From the NCBI GenBank assembly GCA_052390515.1, contig JBQTGV010000222.1:1-14277 (forward strand): a stretch of DNA of 14,277 bases, given 5' to 3'. A program made the translations under genes and the position numbers. Positions 1 to 7,453 of this stretch are shown in pieces. Numbering within the stretch: position 1 is the first letter of the stretch; each line of letters starts with the position of its first letter. This stretch comes from Candidatus Eiseniibacteriota bacterium. Lineage in GTDB: Bacteria; ARS69. Below the pieces are notes generated by a model. That model saw only the letters and a list, made by a program, of their open reading frames with translations. It did not search any database and had not been told where the DNA came from.

Positions 1-193
1 GCGCGGGGTGCGCGCGGCGGGCCGGCGTCCACTGCTGCTGGGCGCCGCGTTGGTGCTGCGGGCGACCGTGGCGGCGGCGCCCCCGGTCCCCGACCCCCGG
101 CCGCGGGCCGCCCGCCCCCCGCGCCCGGAGCAGCCGGGAGGCGGCCCGGGTGAGGCCGTGCTTGCCTCGCCGCTCCCAGGTCTTCAGGCTCAC
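1..193 (-). CDS. Partial CDS (5' end only, runs off the window); function uncertain, possibly another GT9-like protein
   Basis: GTG at 193-191 overlaps the upstream TGA (GTGA) and follows a strong SD (GGAGGAG). The frame is open to the edge: MSLKTWERRGKHGLTRAASRLLRARGAGG... No diagnostic motif is visible. Confidence 0.5.
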   Translation of the reverse strand, partial: MSLKTWERRGKHGLTRAASRLLRARGAGGPRPGVGDRGRRRHGRPQHQRGAQQQWTPARRAHPA

Positions 194-1179
194 GCCGCCT
201 CTCCTCCGGGAATCCGGCGGGTGACCTCGCGCAGGACGAGCTCCACCGGCAGGTCGCGCAGGCAGCGGTGGTGCTTCTTCGGACAGGTGCGCGGCCCGTG
301 CAGGTCGCACGGGCGGCAGGCGATGTTCGTCGACAGGACCACGGAGTCGGCCCGGAGCGGCGCGAACCCCAGGCGCGGATGCGTGGGCCCGAAGAGCGCC
401 ACGACCGGAACCCCGCAGGCCTCGGCGACGTGCAGCACTCCGGAGTCGTTGACCAGCGCGACGGAACCGCGGGACACGATGCGGGGCAGATCGCCGAGAT
501 CGGACACGGCCTGGATCCCGGTACGCGCGGGGTCGGCGCCGGCGGCGACGCGCTCCAGCAGCAGGCGCTCCTCCGCGGAACCGACGACCAGGACCGCGTG
601 CCCCGCGGCGGCGAGACGCGCGGTCATCTCGGCGAAGCGCTCCTCCGGCCACCGCTTCGTCGAGCGGCCGGCTCCCGGCGCGACGACGACGACAGGACGA
701 GCCTCGGCCGCGCGCGGCACGTCGAAGCGTGGGGCGCGGTCACCGCGGCGGATGCCGAGCGGCGCGAGCCCCGCGAACATCCTCTCCACCGCCGGGCGGA
801 TGCTCACCGAACCGCCCCCCAGGAAGCGCAGCTTCACGAACGCGAAGCGCCGCAGCGTCTCCTTGGCGGCGGAGATCCGCTGTCCGGCGTGCACGCGCGC
901 CAGCAGACGCCGGCTCGTGCCCGTGGCCGAGAGGTCGACGAGCAGGTCCCAGCGTGCGTCGGCGACCGCGCGCGGCAGCGCGTGACCGCGTCCCGCCCAA
1001 AGGTGCAGCGCGTCGGGCGGGCGCGCGTCCCGGAGAATACGTCCGTACGGCTCGCGGGAGAGGAACTCGACGCGCGCCCCGGGAAAGCGCTCCTTCAGCG
1101 CGTCGACCGCCGGCAGCGCGAGAACCACGTCTCCCAGGGCGGAGAGGCGGCACACCAGGATGCTCGACGGCTCGGTCAT
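190..1179 (-). CDS. Glycosyltransferase family 9 (WaaF/WaaC-like ADP-heptose:LPS heptosyltransferase), 329 aa
   Basis: C-terminal part of ORF 190..3678. ATG at 1179 overlaps the ABC gene stop (ATGA). Motifs: RLSALGDVVLALP, APGAGRSTKRWP, NDSGVLHVAEACGVPVVALFGPT, and a C-terminal CRPC..C..C. Confidence 0.9.
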   Translation of the reverse strand: MTEPSSILVCRLSALGDVVLALPAVDALKERFPGARVEFLSREPYGRILRDARPPDALHLWAGRGHALPRAVADARWDLLVDLSATGTSRRLLARVHAGQRISAAKETLRRFAFVKLRFLGGGSVSIRPAVERMFAGLAPLGIRRGDRAPRFDVPRAAEARPVVVVAPGAGRSTKRWPEERFAEMTARLAAAGHAVLVVGSAEERLLLERVAAGADPARTGIQAVSDLGDLPRIVSRGSVALVNDSGVLHVAEACGVPVVALFGPTHPRLGFAPLRADSVVLSTNIACRPCDLHGPRTCPKKHHRCLRDLPVELVLREVTRRIPGGEAA

Positions 1180-3023
1180 ACGACGGGCACGACGTCGGCG
1201 GAGCCGAACTGACGGCGGCAGAGCTTCGCGTAGAGTCCGCCGCGCGCCAGCAGTTCCTCGTGCGTCCCCGTCTCGGCGATCCGACCGCGCTCCAGCACGA
1301 CGATGCGGTCGGCATGCCGCACGGTGGAGAGGCGATGGGCGATGATCAGCACGGTTCGGCCGCGCAGCAGCCGGTCGATCGCCTCCTGGACCTTCGCCTC
1401 CGACTCGCTGTCCAGGGCCGAAGTCGCCTCGTCGAACACCAGGATCGCCGGGTCTCGGTAGATCGCCCGGGCGATCGCGATCCGCTGCCGCTCCCCGCCG
1501 GAGAGCTTCAGGCCGCGCTCTCCGATCACGGTGTCGTAGCCGTCGGGCGCGCGCTCGATGAACTCGTGGGCGTTCGCCGCCCGGGCAGCTTTCACGATGC
1601 GCCCGCGGTCGGGCGCGTCGTCGGCGAAGGCTATGTTCGCCGCGATCGTGTCGTGGAACAGGATCGTCTCCTGGGTCACGATGCCGAGCAGCGAGCGCAG
1701 GGACGCGAGCGTGACGTCGCGCAGGTCGACGCCGTCGATGGTCACCCGGCCCCGCTCCGGATCGTGGAAGCGCGGGAGCATGTCCGCCAGCGTCGACTTG
1801 CCCGAGCCGCTCGGGCCGACGAGCGCGACCACGTGTCCGCGCGGCACGGTGAGCCGCACGTCGTGCAGCACGGGAACGGCCTCGTCGTACTCGAAGGAGA
1901 CGTCCTCGAACGCGATCTCCCGTTCCAGTCCGCGGAGTGCCATCGCACCCGGCCGGTCGGCCACGCGCGGCACGGTGTCGAGGATCTCGTAGATGCGGCG
2001 CAGGGCGGCGTCGCCCTCCTCGAGATGGGTGTGCAGCTGGGTGAGGCTGCGCACCGGCTGCATCAGCGAGATCATCGCCACCAGGAAGATGACGAACCAG
2101 GTGGAGGAAAGACCGGTGCCGGAGAGCACCTGGTTGCCCCCGGCCCACAGTACGATCACCGCGCCCACCGCGCCCAGGAACTCCGCGGCGGGTGACGCGA
2201 GCGAGGCGATGCGGCGCAGGCGGACCGCGGAGCGCAGGTACCCGTGGGACTCGTGCAGGAACCGGCGCGCGGCGAAGGCCTCCGCGCCGAACGCCTTCAC
2301 GACGCGGATCCCGGCGATCGTCTCGTGGAACACGCTGGAGAGATCGGCCATGCGCGCCTGCACGCGGGACGACTGGCGGCGGATCCGGGAGCCCAGCGCG
2401 GCGATGAACAGGGCGAGGAGCGGGAGCACGACGAGGCAGAGCAGGGCGAGGCGCCAGCTGGCCACGAACACGATGGCCAGGTAGACGAGGACCAGGAGGC
2501 CATCGCGCGGAGCGGTGCGGTACAGGGACGAGACCGCCTTGCGCACCACCGCCACGTCGTTGGTGGCGCGGGACATGAGGTCGCCGGCCCGGCGTCCCGC
2601 GAACCAGCCCATGGACAGGGTCTGCAGGTGCACGAAGAGGCTGTCGCGGAAGTCCTTGAGCACCCGCTCCTCGAGCTTCACGGAGAAGACGTCGAGGAGG
2701 AATCCGAGCAGGCCCTTGAGCGCGAAGGCCGCGACGAGGAAGAGGCAGATCCGGCGCAGCGCGTCCTGGGCGGTGCCGGCGAAGAACCAGGCGGCGGCCC
2801 GCTCCTGGATGACGAAGCGGAGGCGCTCGAGGCCCTCGGCGTCGACCGGCACGCTCGGAGCCCGGGCCCCTCCCTCGAAGAGCAGGTTCACGAAGGGCAG
2901 GACCATGCCCAGCGAGACGCCGCTGACCACGGCGTACAGCGCAGTGAAGCACAGAACCTGGGCGAGGAGTGGCCCGTGCCGGATGACGGCGCGGAAGAGC
3001 CGAACCTTGGGATTCCCGATCAT
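1176..3023 (-). CDS. msbA: ABC transporter, fused permease/ATPase; MsbA-like lipid A-core flippase, 615 aa
   Basis: N-terminal TM helices, Walker A GPSGSGKST, Q-loop VTQE, signature LSGGERQR, Walker B/D-loop ILVFDEATSALD, H-loop IAHRLST. The msbA name rests on the lipid A operon context. Confidence 0.85.
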   Translation of the reverse strand: MIGNPKVRLFRAVIRHGPLLAQVLCFTALYAVVSGVSLGMVLPFVNLLFEGGARAPSVPVDAEGLERLRFVIQERAAAWFFAGTAQDALRRICLFLVAAFALKGLLGFLLDVFSVKLEERVLKDFRDSLFVHLQTLSMGWFAGRRAGDLMSRATNDVAVVRKAVSSLYRTAPRDGLLVLVYLAIVFVASWRLALLCLVVLPLLALFIAALGSRIRRQSSRVQARMADLSSVFHETIAGIRVVKAFGAEAFAARRFLHESHGYLRSAVRLRRIASLASPAAEFLGAVGAVIVLWAGGNQVLSGTGLSSTWFVIFLVAMISLMQPVRSLTQLHTHLEEGDAALRRIYEILDTVPRVADRPGAMALRGLEREIAFEDVSFEYDEAVPVLHDVRLTVPRGHVVALVGPSGSGKSTLADMLPRFHDPERGRVTIDGVDLRDVTLASLRSLLGIVTQETILFHDTIAANIAFADDAPDRGRIVKAARAANAHEFIERAPDGYDTVIGERGLKLSGGERQRIAIARAIYRDPAILVFDEATSALDSESEAKVQEAIDRLLRGRTVLIIAHRLSTVRHADRIVVLERGRIAETGTHEELLARGGLYAKLCRRQFGSADVVPVV

Positions 3024-3031
3024 GGCCGGCC

Positions 3032-3037
3032 AGCCTA
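3032..3037 (-). promoter_or_regulatory. Possible -10 element (TAGGCT) for an internal, possibly leaderless msbA transcript
   Basis: TAnnnT hexamer 8 nt upstream of the msbA ATG, in the largest intergenic gap. There is no SD before that ATG and no convincing -35. Confidence 0.3.
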
Positions 3038-3078
3038 ACGGAAAGCCCGGAGCGCGGCCAGCCGGGCCGGCCCGCGGC

Positions 3079-3111
3079 CCAGGAGCGTGCTGAAAAACAG
3101 CAGCCTCCTAG
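3079..3111. repeat. Imperfect 33-bp inverted repeat (stem-loop) overlapping the GT9 stop codon
   Basis: CCAGGAGCGTGCTG-AAAAA-CAGCAGCCTCCTAG. In the minus-strand RNA 12 of 14 stem positions pair (one G-U) around a U5 loop. No U-tract follows the stem. Confidence 0.6.
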
Positions 3112-4340
3112 TCGTGCCGGAAACGCGTCTCGGCGGGCACCTCGTGGGTGGCCGCATCGGTCCGGACGCGGCCGGGCTGCGCGGAGGGCTCCGTCGAGCT
3201 CTCGGACGGCGGCGCGGAGACGCCGGTCGGCACCTTTCGCCCATCGGACTCGCGAACCTGATCCACGATCTCCAGGAACTCCGTCTCGCGCACGCGCTCC
3301 CCGGGGGCGATCCTCGCCACGCGGCAGCTCGGGCGGTCTCGCGGGACCCACTGCTCGGGCTCGTCGCGGCCGAAGAAGCCGATCGTCGGCACGCTCAAGG
3401 CCACCGCGAAGTGGAACAGGTTCGTGTTCCCGGAGAGGAAGAGCCCGCTGCCTCCCAGGAAGGCGAGCACGTCGCGCATCCCCCGGGTCGGGGCGTCCAG
3501 GGTGGGCACCTTGAGGTGCAGCTTGAAGTCCTCGACGTAACCGCCTGTGCGACGGTCGGTCAGGATGATCGGCAGGGCTCCGCGGGAGGCCACGACTCGC
3601 TCCACGAGCCAGGCCAGCTTCGCGGGGTGCGGCCGGACGCCCGAGCGACCCGGCGCGGGATCCACCGCGAGCAGCCATCCGGCGGCCCCGCGCCTCCGCA
3701 GGTCGAGCAGCCGCTCCGCATAGCGCCGGTCCGCCTCGGGGATCTCCCAGCAGGGCGTCAGTCGCTCGCGGGGAATGCCCAGGAAGGACAGGAACTCCAG
3801 GGACTGCACCGGACGGTAGCCCGTGCCCGGAGCGCAGGCCACTACCAGGTTGAGCGTCGGGTCCGCGCCGTCGCGGTGCAGGCCGAGCCGGAGCTTCGCT
3901 CCGGTCAGCGCGGCGAGCACGCGATCACGGTGCGCGTTGCCGTCGTCGATGGCGATCGCCAAGTCGAAGCCCCGCGCGCGCAGCTTGCGCATCCGTTCCA
4001 GCATCGTGCGAGAGAGGATGGGCTCGTCGTCCCAGGGAACCGCCTCGAAGATCTCCGGGCGACCACTCAGTGCGTCCGCGCTCACCGGGTCGGCGAGCAC
4101 GTGGATGCGGGCCAGCGGGTAGCGTTTCTTGAGCGCTTGCGCTGCGGGAACCACGGCCAGCAGATCGGTGAGGTGCTTCGCCGCCACGATGAGGATGTCG
4201 CGGCTGCCGTCGAGCGACTCGCCGAAGCTCAGCGGGCCGTCCCCTCCCCGCCGGCGCACCGCGGCCTCGGCCGCGTGCAGGACCAGCGGATCCAGCGCCT
4301 TGCGGATCGACCTCGTTGCCTTCGCCCAGCGACCGTTCAC
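3108..4340 (-). CDS. Divergent glycosyltransferase family 9 protein, 410 aa
   Basis: Within ORF 3108..4511; GTG at 4340 overlaps the upstream TGA. GT9 pattern: DILIVAAKHLTDLLAVVPAAQALKKRYPLARIHVL, RARGFDLAI, GAKLRLG, FLSGNTNLFHFAVALSVPTIGFFG. Ends in a Ser/Pro/Thr-rich tail. Confidence 0.8.
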   Translation of the reverse strand: MNGRWAKATRSIRKALDPLVLHAAEAAVRRRGGDGPLSFGESLDGSRDILIVAAKHLTDLLAVVPAAQALKKRYPLARIHVLADPVSADALSGRPEIFEAVPWDDEPILSRTMLERMRKLRARGFDLAIAIDDGNAHRDRVLAALTGAKLRLGLHRDGADPTLNLVVACAPGTGYRPVQSLEFLSFLGIPRERLTPCWEIPEADRRYAERLLDLRRRGAAGWLLAVDPAPGRSGVRPHPAKLAWLVERVVASRGALPIILTDRRTGGYVEDFKLHLKVPTLDAPTRGMRDVLAFLGGSGLFLSGNTNLFHFAVALSVPTIGFFGRDEPEQWVPRDRPSCRVARIAPGERVRETEFLEIVDQVRESDGRKVPTGVSAPPSESSTEPSAQPGRVRTDAATHEVPAETRFRHD

Positions 4341-4729
4341 CCCGATGATCCCAGGACCTCCTCCCAATAGCCGGCGGCGCCGAACGCGTCCTCGAACGCG
4401 TACACGCCGCGGAAGTCGTCCCTGCTGTCGTCCTCGGTCTTGGAGAGGAGACCCGCGTCGACCAGGTGGAAGACGATGTCGCCGAAGTCCTCGGTGGAGC
4501 GCACGCCCCACGAGCCGAGAACGTCCGGGGCGAGCACACCGTAGCGTTCACGGGCGAAGCGCCGGATCGCCTCGAGCAGCTCTCTGCCGGTGACGTGCGT
4601 ACCGGTCCCGAAGACTACGTCGCTCGCGTACGTCACCGCACACCGCGTGAACTCGTACGCGCGTGGCGCGTAGCGAGGATCCCTGTCGACGATTTCGAGA
4701 ATCCGGAGGTCGTCCGCTTCCGGTTTCAC
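4337..4729 (-). CDS. Small conserved hypothetical protein, Minf_1886-like (Verrucomicrobia/Planctomycetes-type) family, about 130 aa
   Basis: Within ORF 4337..4801. GTG at 4729 follows a GGAGG SD (an alternative ATG lies at 4765). Pattern recognised from memory: DPRY...AYEF, HVTGRELLE, YGVLAPDVLGSWGVRSTEDFGDIVFHLVD.GLLSKTEDDSRDDF. Confidence 0.75.
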   Translation of the reverse strand: MKPEADDLRILEIVDRDPRYAPRAYEFTRCAVTYASDVVFGTGTHVTGRELLEAIRRFARERYGVLAPDVLGSWGVRSTEDFGDIVFHLVDAGLLSKTEDDSRDDFRGVYAFEDAFGAAGYWEEVLGSSG

Positions 4730-4769
4730 GCGATCCTCCGCGCGGGCGGATGAACTGCGCCCCATCGGC

Positions 4770-6419
4770 TCATTTATCGGCCCAATCCTCGCGACGATCA
4801 AGGGGGCCCGACCCGGAAAGTTCGCGGGACTCCACCTTCGGCCCCGCCGGGGTCAGGCGGATCCAGGTCTCGAGCGGGACTGGGCCGAGCCCAGGACGAT
4901 CCAGAAGCCAGTGCAGGCCCCGGCTCTCGTCGCGCTGCCTGGCGGAGCGCGCAATCAACCACCCGACGAGCGCAATATTGCGCAATTCCGCCAGGTCCTG
5001 CCCGGGCCGCTCGCGCCGCCACACGTCCTCCGCCCACCGGCGGATCAGCGCGAGGCGCTCCAGGGCGTGATCCAGGCGCGCTCGCCCCCGTACGAGCCCG
5101 ACGTAGTCCCAGAGCAGCCGGCGCACGGCGTCCCACTCGTGGTCCAGGATGACGCCCGCGTCGGCGCTCGGGGCGCCTTCCCCGGGGCGGGGCGGATCGG
5201 GCGGCTCGGCTCCGGCGCCGCTCGGCGGCGCGATCCTCGAGGCCCGCTCGGCGATCACCAGGGCCTCCAGCAGCGAGTTCGACGCGAGGCGGTTCGCCCC
5301 GTGGACGCCGGTGCAGGCCACTTCGCCCGCCGCGAAGAGTCCCTCGATCTCGGTGCGCCCGTCGATGTCCACGGCCACGCCGCCGCACATGTAATGCGCC
5401 GCCGGGACCACCGGGATGGGGTCCACGCCGGGCCGGATCCCGAAGACGCGCAGGCGCTCGGAGATGTTCGGGAACCGCTCCACGAATCGTGATTCGCCGA
5501 TCGGCGCGACGTCCAGCAGGACGTACTTGTCGCCGCGCGCCTTCATCTGCTCGTCGATGCCGCGCGCCACCACGTCCCGCGGGGCGAGCGATCCGAGCTC
5601 GTGGCGGCCGTCGAGGAACGCCTCGCCGTCCAGGTTGCGGAGCACGGCGCCTTCGCCCCGCACCGCCTCGGAGATGAGGAACGACTTCGCCTCCGGGTGA
5701 TACAGGCAGGTGGGGTGGAACTGCACGAACTCGAGGTTCACGAGCGAGCAGCCGGCGCGCGCCGCCATGGCCACCCCGTCCGCCGTGGCGATGTCCGGGT
5801 TCGTCGTGTACAGGTAGACCTTGCCGCAGCCACCGGTCGAGAGCAACGTGTGCCGCGCGCGCACCGCCCCGACCTCGCCCGTCTCCGGCCGGACGAACGT
5901 CGCTCCGTGGCAGCGAGGCCGGAGCTTGCCCGGCGCCACCCACAGATCCAGCGCCAGATGATCCTCGAGGATGCGGATCGCGCCGTTCGCCTCCACCGCG
6001 GCGAGCAGCGCGCGCTCGATCTCGCGGCCGGTGAGGTCCTTCGCATGGACGATGCGTCGGCGGCTATGACCGCCCTCCCGGCCGAGGTCGAGCACGCCTT
6101 CGCCCTTCCAGGTGAAGCGGGCACCCCGATCGATGAGCTCGCGGACCAGGGCCGGGCCGCTCCTCACCATGAGCTCGACCGCCTCGCGCCGGCAGAGACC
6201 CGCGCCGGCCTCCAGCGTGTCGCGGACGTGGAGCTCGAAGCTGTCGGTCGGCTCGCTCACCGACGCCACCCCGCCCTGCGCGTAGTTCGTGCTGGACTCC
6301 GCGCGGTCCTTCTTGGTCAGCACGATCACCGGGCCGAAGCGCGACGCCTTGAGCGCGTACGTGAGCCCGGCGATCCCGCTGCCCAGCACCAGGGTGGTGC
6401 ACTCGTGCACGGTCCTCAC
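4770..6419 (-). CDS. nadB: L-aspartate oxidase, 549 aa
   Basis: GTG at 6419 overlaps the lpxK stop, with GGAGG upstream. Motifs: FAD-binding GSGIAG, SSTNYAQGG, REGGHSRRRIVH, EFVQFHPT, LISEAVRGEG, LAPRDVVAR, HYMCGG, GVHGANRLASNSLLE, ESRGLH. Confidence 0.95.
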   Translation of the reverse strand: MRTVHECTTLVLGSGIAGLTYALKASRFGPVIVLTKKDRAESSTNYAQGGVASVSEPTDSFELHVRDTLEAGAGLCRREAVELMVRSGPALVRELIDRGARFTWKGEGVLDLGREGGHSRRRIVHAKDLTGREIERALLAAVEANGAIRILEDHLALDLWVAPGKLRPRCHGATFVRPETGEVGAVRARHTLLSTGGCGKVYLYTTNPDIATADGVAMAARAGCSLVNLEFVQFHPTCLYHPEAKSFLISEAVRGEGAVLRNLDGEAFLDGRHELGSLAPRDVVARGIDEQMKARGDKYVLLDVAPIGESRFVERFPNISERLRVFGIRPGVDPIPVVPAAHYMCGGVAVDIDGRTEIEGLFAAGEVACTGVHGANRLASNSLLEALVIAERASRIAPPSGAGAEPPDPPRPGEGAPSADAGVILDHEWDAVRRLLWDYVGLVRGRARLDHALERLALIRRWAEDVWRRERPGQDLAELRNIALVGWLIARSARQRDESRGLHWLLDRPGLGPVPLETWIRLTPAGPKVESRELSGSGPLDRREDWADK

Positions 6420-7453
6420 GCGCCGCCTTCCTCCCACAGGGAGACGATCGTCCGCACGAGGCGATCCCCCGCGTCCACCTCGACGTCGACATCGAGCACC
6501 GCCGGAACGGGCAGCCCGCCCCCGTCCTTCGGCCAGCGCACGTGGTCCTTCGCGGTCACGGCGAGGAAGTCCGCTCCTTCCCGGGCCGCGCGCGCGGCGG
6601 CCTCACGCACCTCTTCGGCGGAGAACGCATGATGATCCTCGAAACGGGTCGCCCCCGTCACGCGCAGACCGAGGGCGATCAGGGAGCGCTCGAACGACTC
6701 CGCATCGGCGATCCCGGAGAGCGCATGCACCGCGCGCCCCGCGGCGAGCAGCTGTCTCGCGACCGGAACGAGGCGCGCCCAGAACACTCTCTCGGACCCC
6801 GGCGCTCCGGGGGGCAACGCGGGGGCGCCCTCCCCTCGATCCACCAGGACCAGGACGTCGGCGCGCCGGAGCGCCGCGAGCGGCTCGCGCAGAAGCCCGC
6901 GCGGCAGGAGACGGCCGCGGGAGGACTCCGCGGCGCGGTCCCACAGCACGAGGTCCACGTCGCGGGCCAGACGGCGATGCTGGAAGCCGTCGTCCAGCAG
7001 CACGATGTCCGCGCCGCGATCCCGCGCGAGGGCGGCGCCGCGAGCCCGGTCGGGTGAGACCACCACCGGAACGGCGGGAAGCGTCCGCGCGAGAAGCGCG
7101 GGCTCGTCCCCGTCCCGGCGGACGTCCGGCTCGGCGGCATCGACGACGCGCGGCTCTCCTCCGCCGGCCGAGCGGGAGCCGCGCGTGAGGATCGCGGGGC
7201 GGTGCCCCCGCTCGAGGAGTCGCGCGGCGAGCCAGCGCGTCATCGGAGTCTTCCCCGCTCCGCCGGCGGTCAGCGCGCCGACGGATACGACCGGCATCGG
7301 ACCGAGGCGGCGGCGCGGGAGCAGGCCGCGGTCGTGCAGCCCCTGATGGATGCGCACGCCCAGGGCGAAGAGCCACGACGCGGGGACCGCGCACGACGCC
7401 GGCAGCGCCCCGGGGCGCCGGAGCCCCCGCAGGTCCGTCACCGGATAGCTCAT
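6416..7453 (-). CDS. lpxK: Tetraacyldisaccharide 4'-kinase, 345 aa
   Basis: C-terminal part of ORF 6416..8542; ATG at 7453 overlaps the waaA stop. Motifs: P-loop VSVGALTAGGAGKTP, GDEP, LLDDGFQH, LLPRGLLRE, FEDHH, TAKD. Confidence 0.92.
   Translation of the reverse strand: MSYPVTDLRGLRRPGALPASCAVPASWLFALGVRIHQGLHDRGLLPRRRLGPMPVVSVGALTAGGAGKTPMTRWLAARLLERGHRPAILTRGSRSAGGGEPRVVDAAEPDVRRDGDEPALLARTLPAVPVVVSPDRARGAALARDRGADIVLLDDGFQHRRLARDVDLVLWDRAAESSRGRLLPRGLLREPLAALRRADVLVLVDRGEGAPALPPGAPGSERVFWARLVPVARQLLAAGRAVHALSGIADAESFERSLIALGLRVTGATRFEDHHAFSAEEVREAAARAAREGADFLAVTAKDHVRWPKDGGGLPVPAVLDVDVEVDAGDRLVRTIVSLWEEGGA

Noticed and set aside
3063..3074. Perfect 12-bp palindrome CGGGCCGGCCCG
   Set aside because: It is all G/C and expected by chance at this composition; nothing supports an operator role.
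3079..3111. Rho-independent terminator call for the hairpin
   Set aside because: No U-tract follows the stem on either strand, so it is kept only as an inverted repeat.
190..3678. 1162-aa ORF suggesting a giant fusion protein
   Set aside because: The N-terminal ~830 aa are Arg/Gly/Pro-rich off-frame translation over msbA and the GT9 gene. The real gene starts at 1179.
4770..6419. Flavoprotein as SdhA/FrdA
   Set aside because: It has AQGGVA with no covalent-FAD His before it, plus EGGHS and ANRLASNSLLE as in NadB, and no Fe-S or anchor subunit genes are adjacent.
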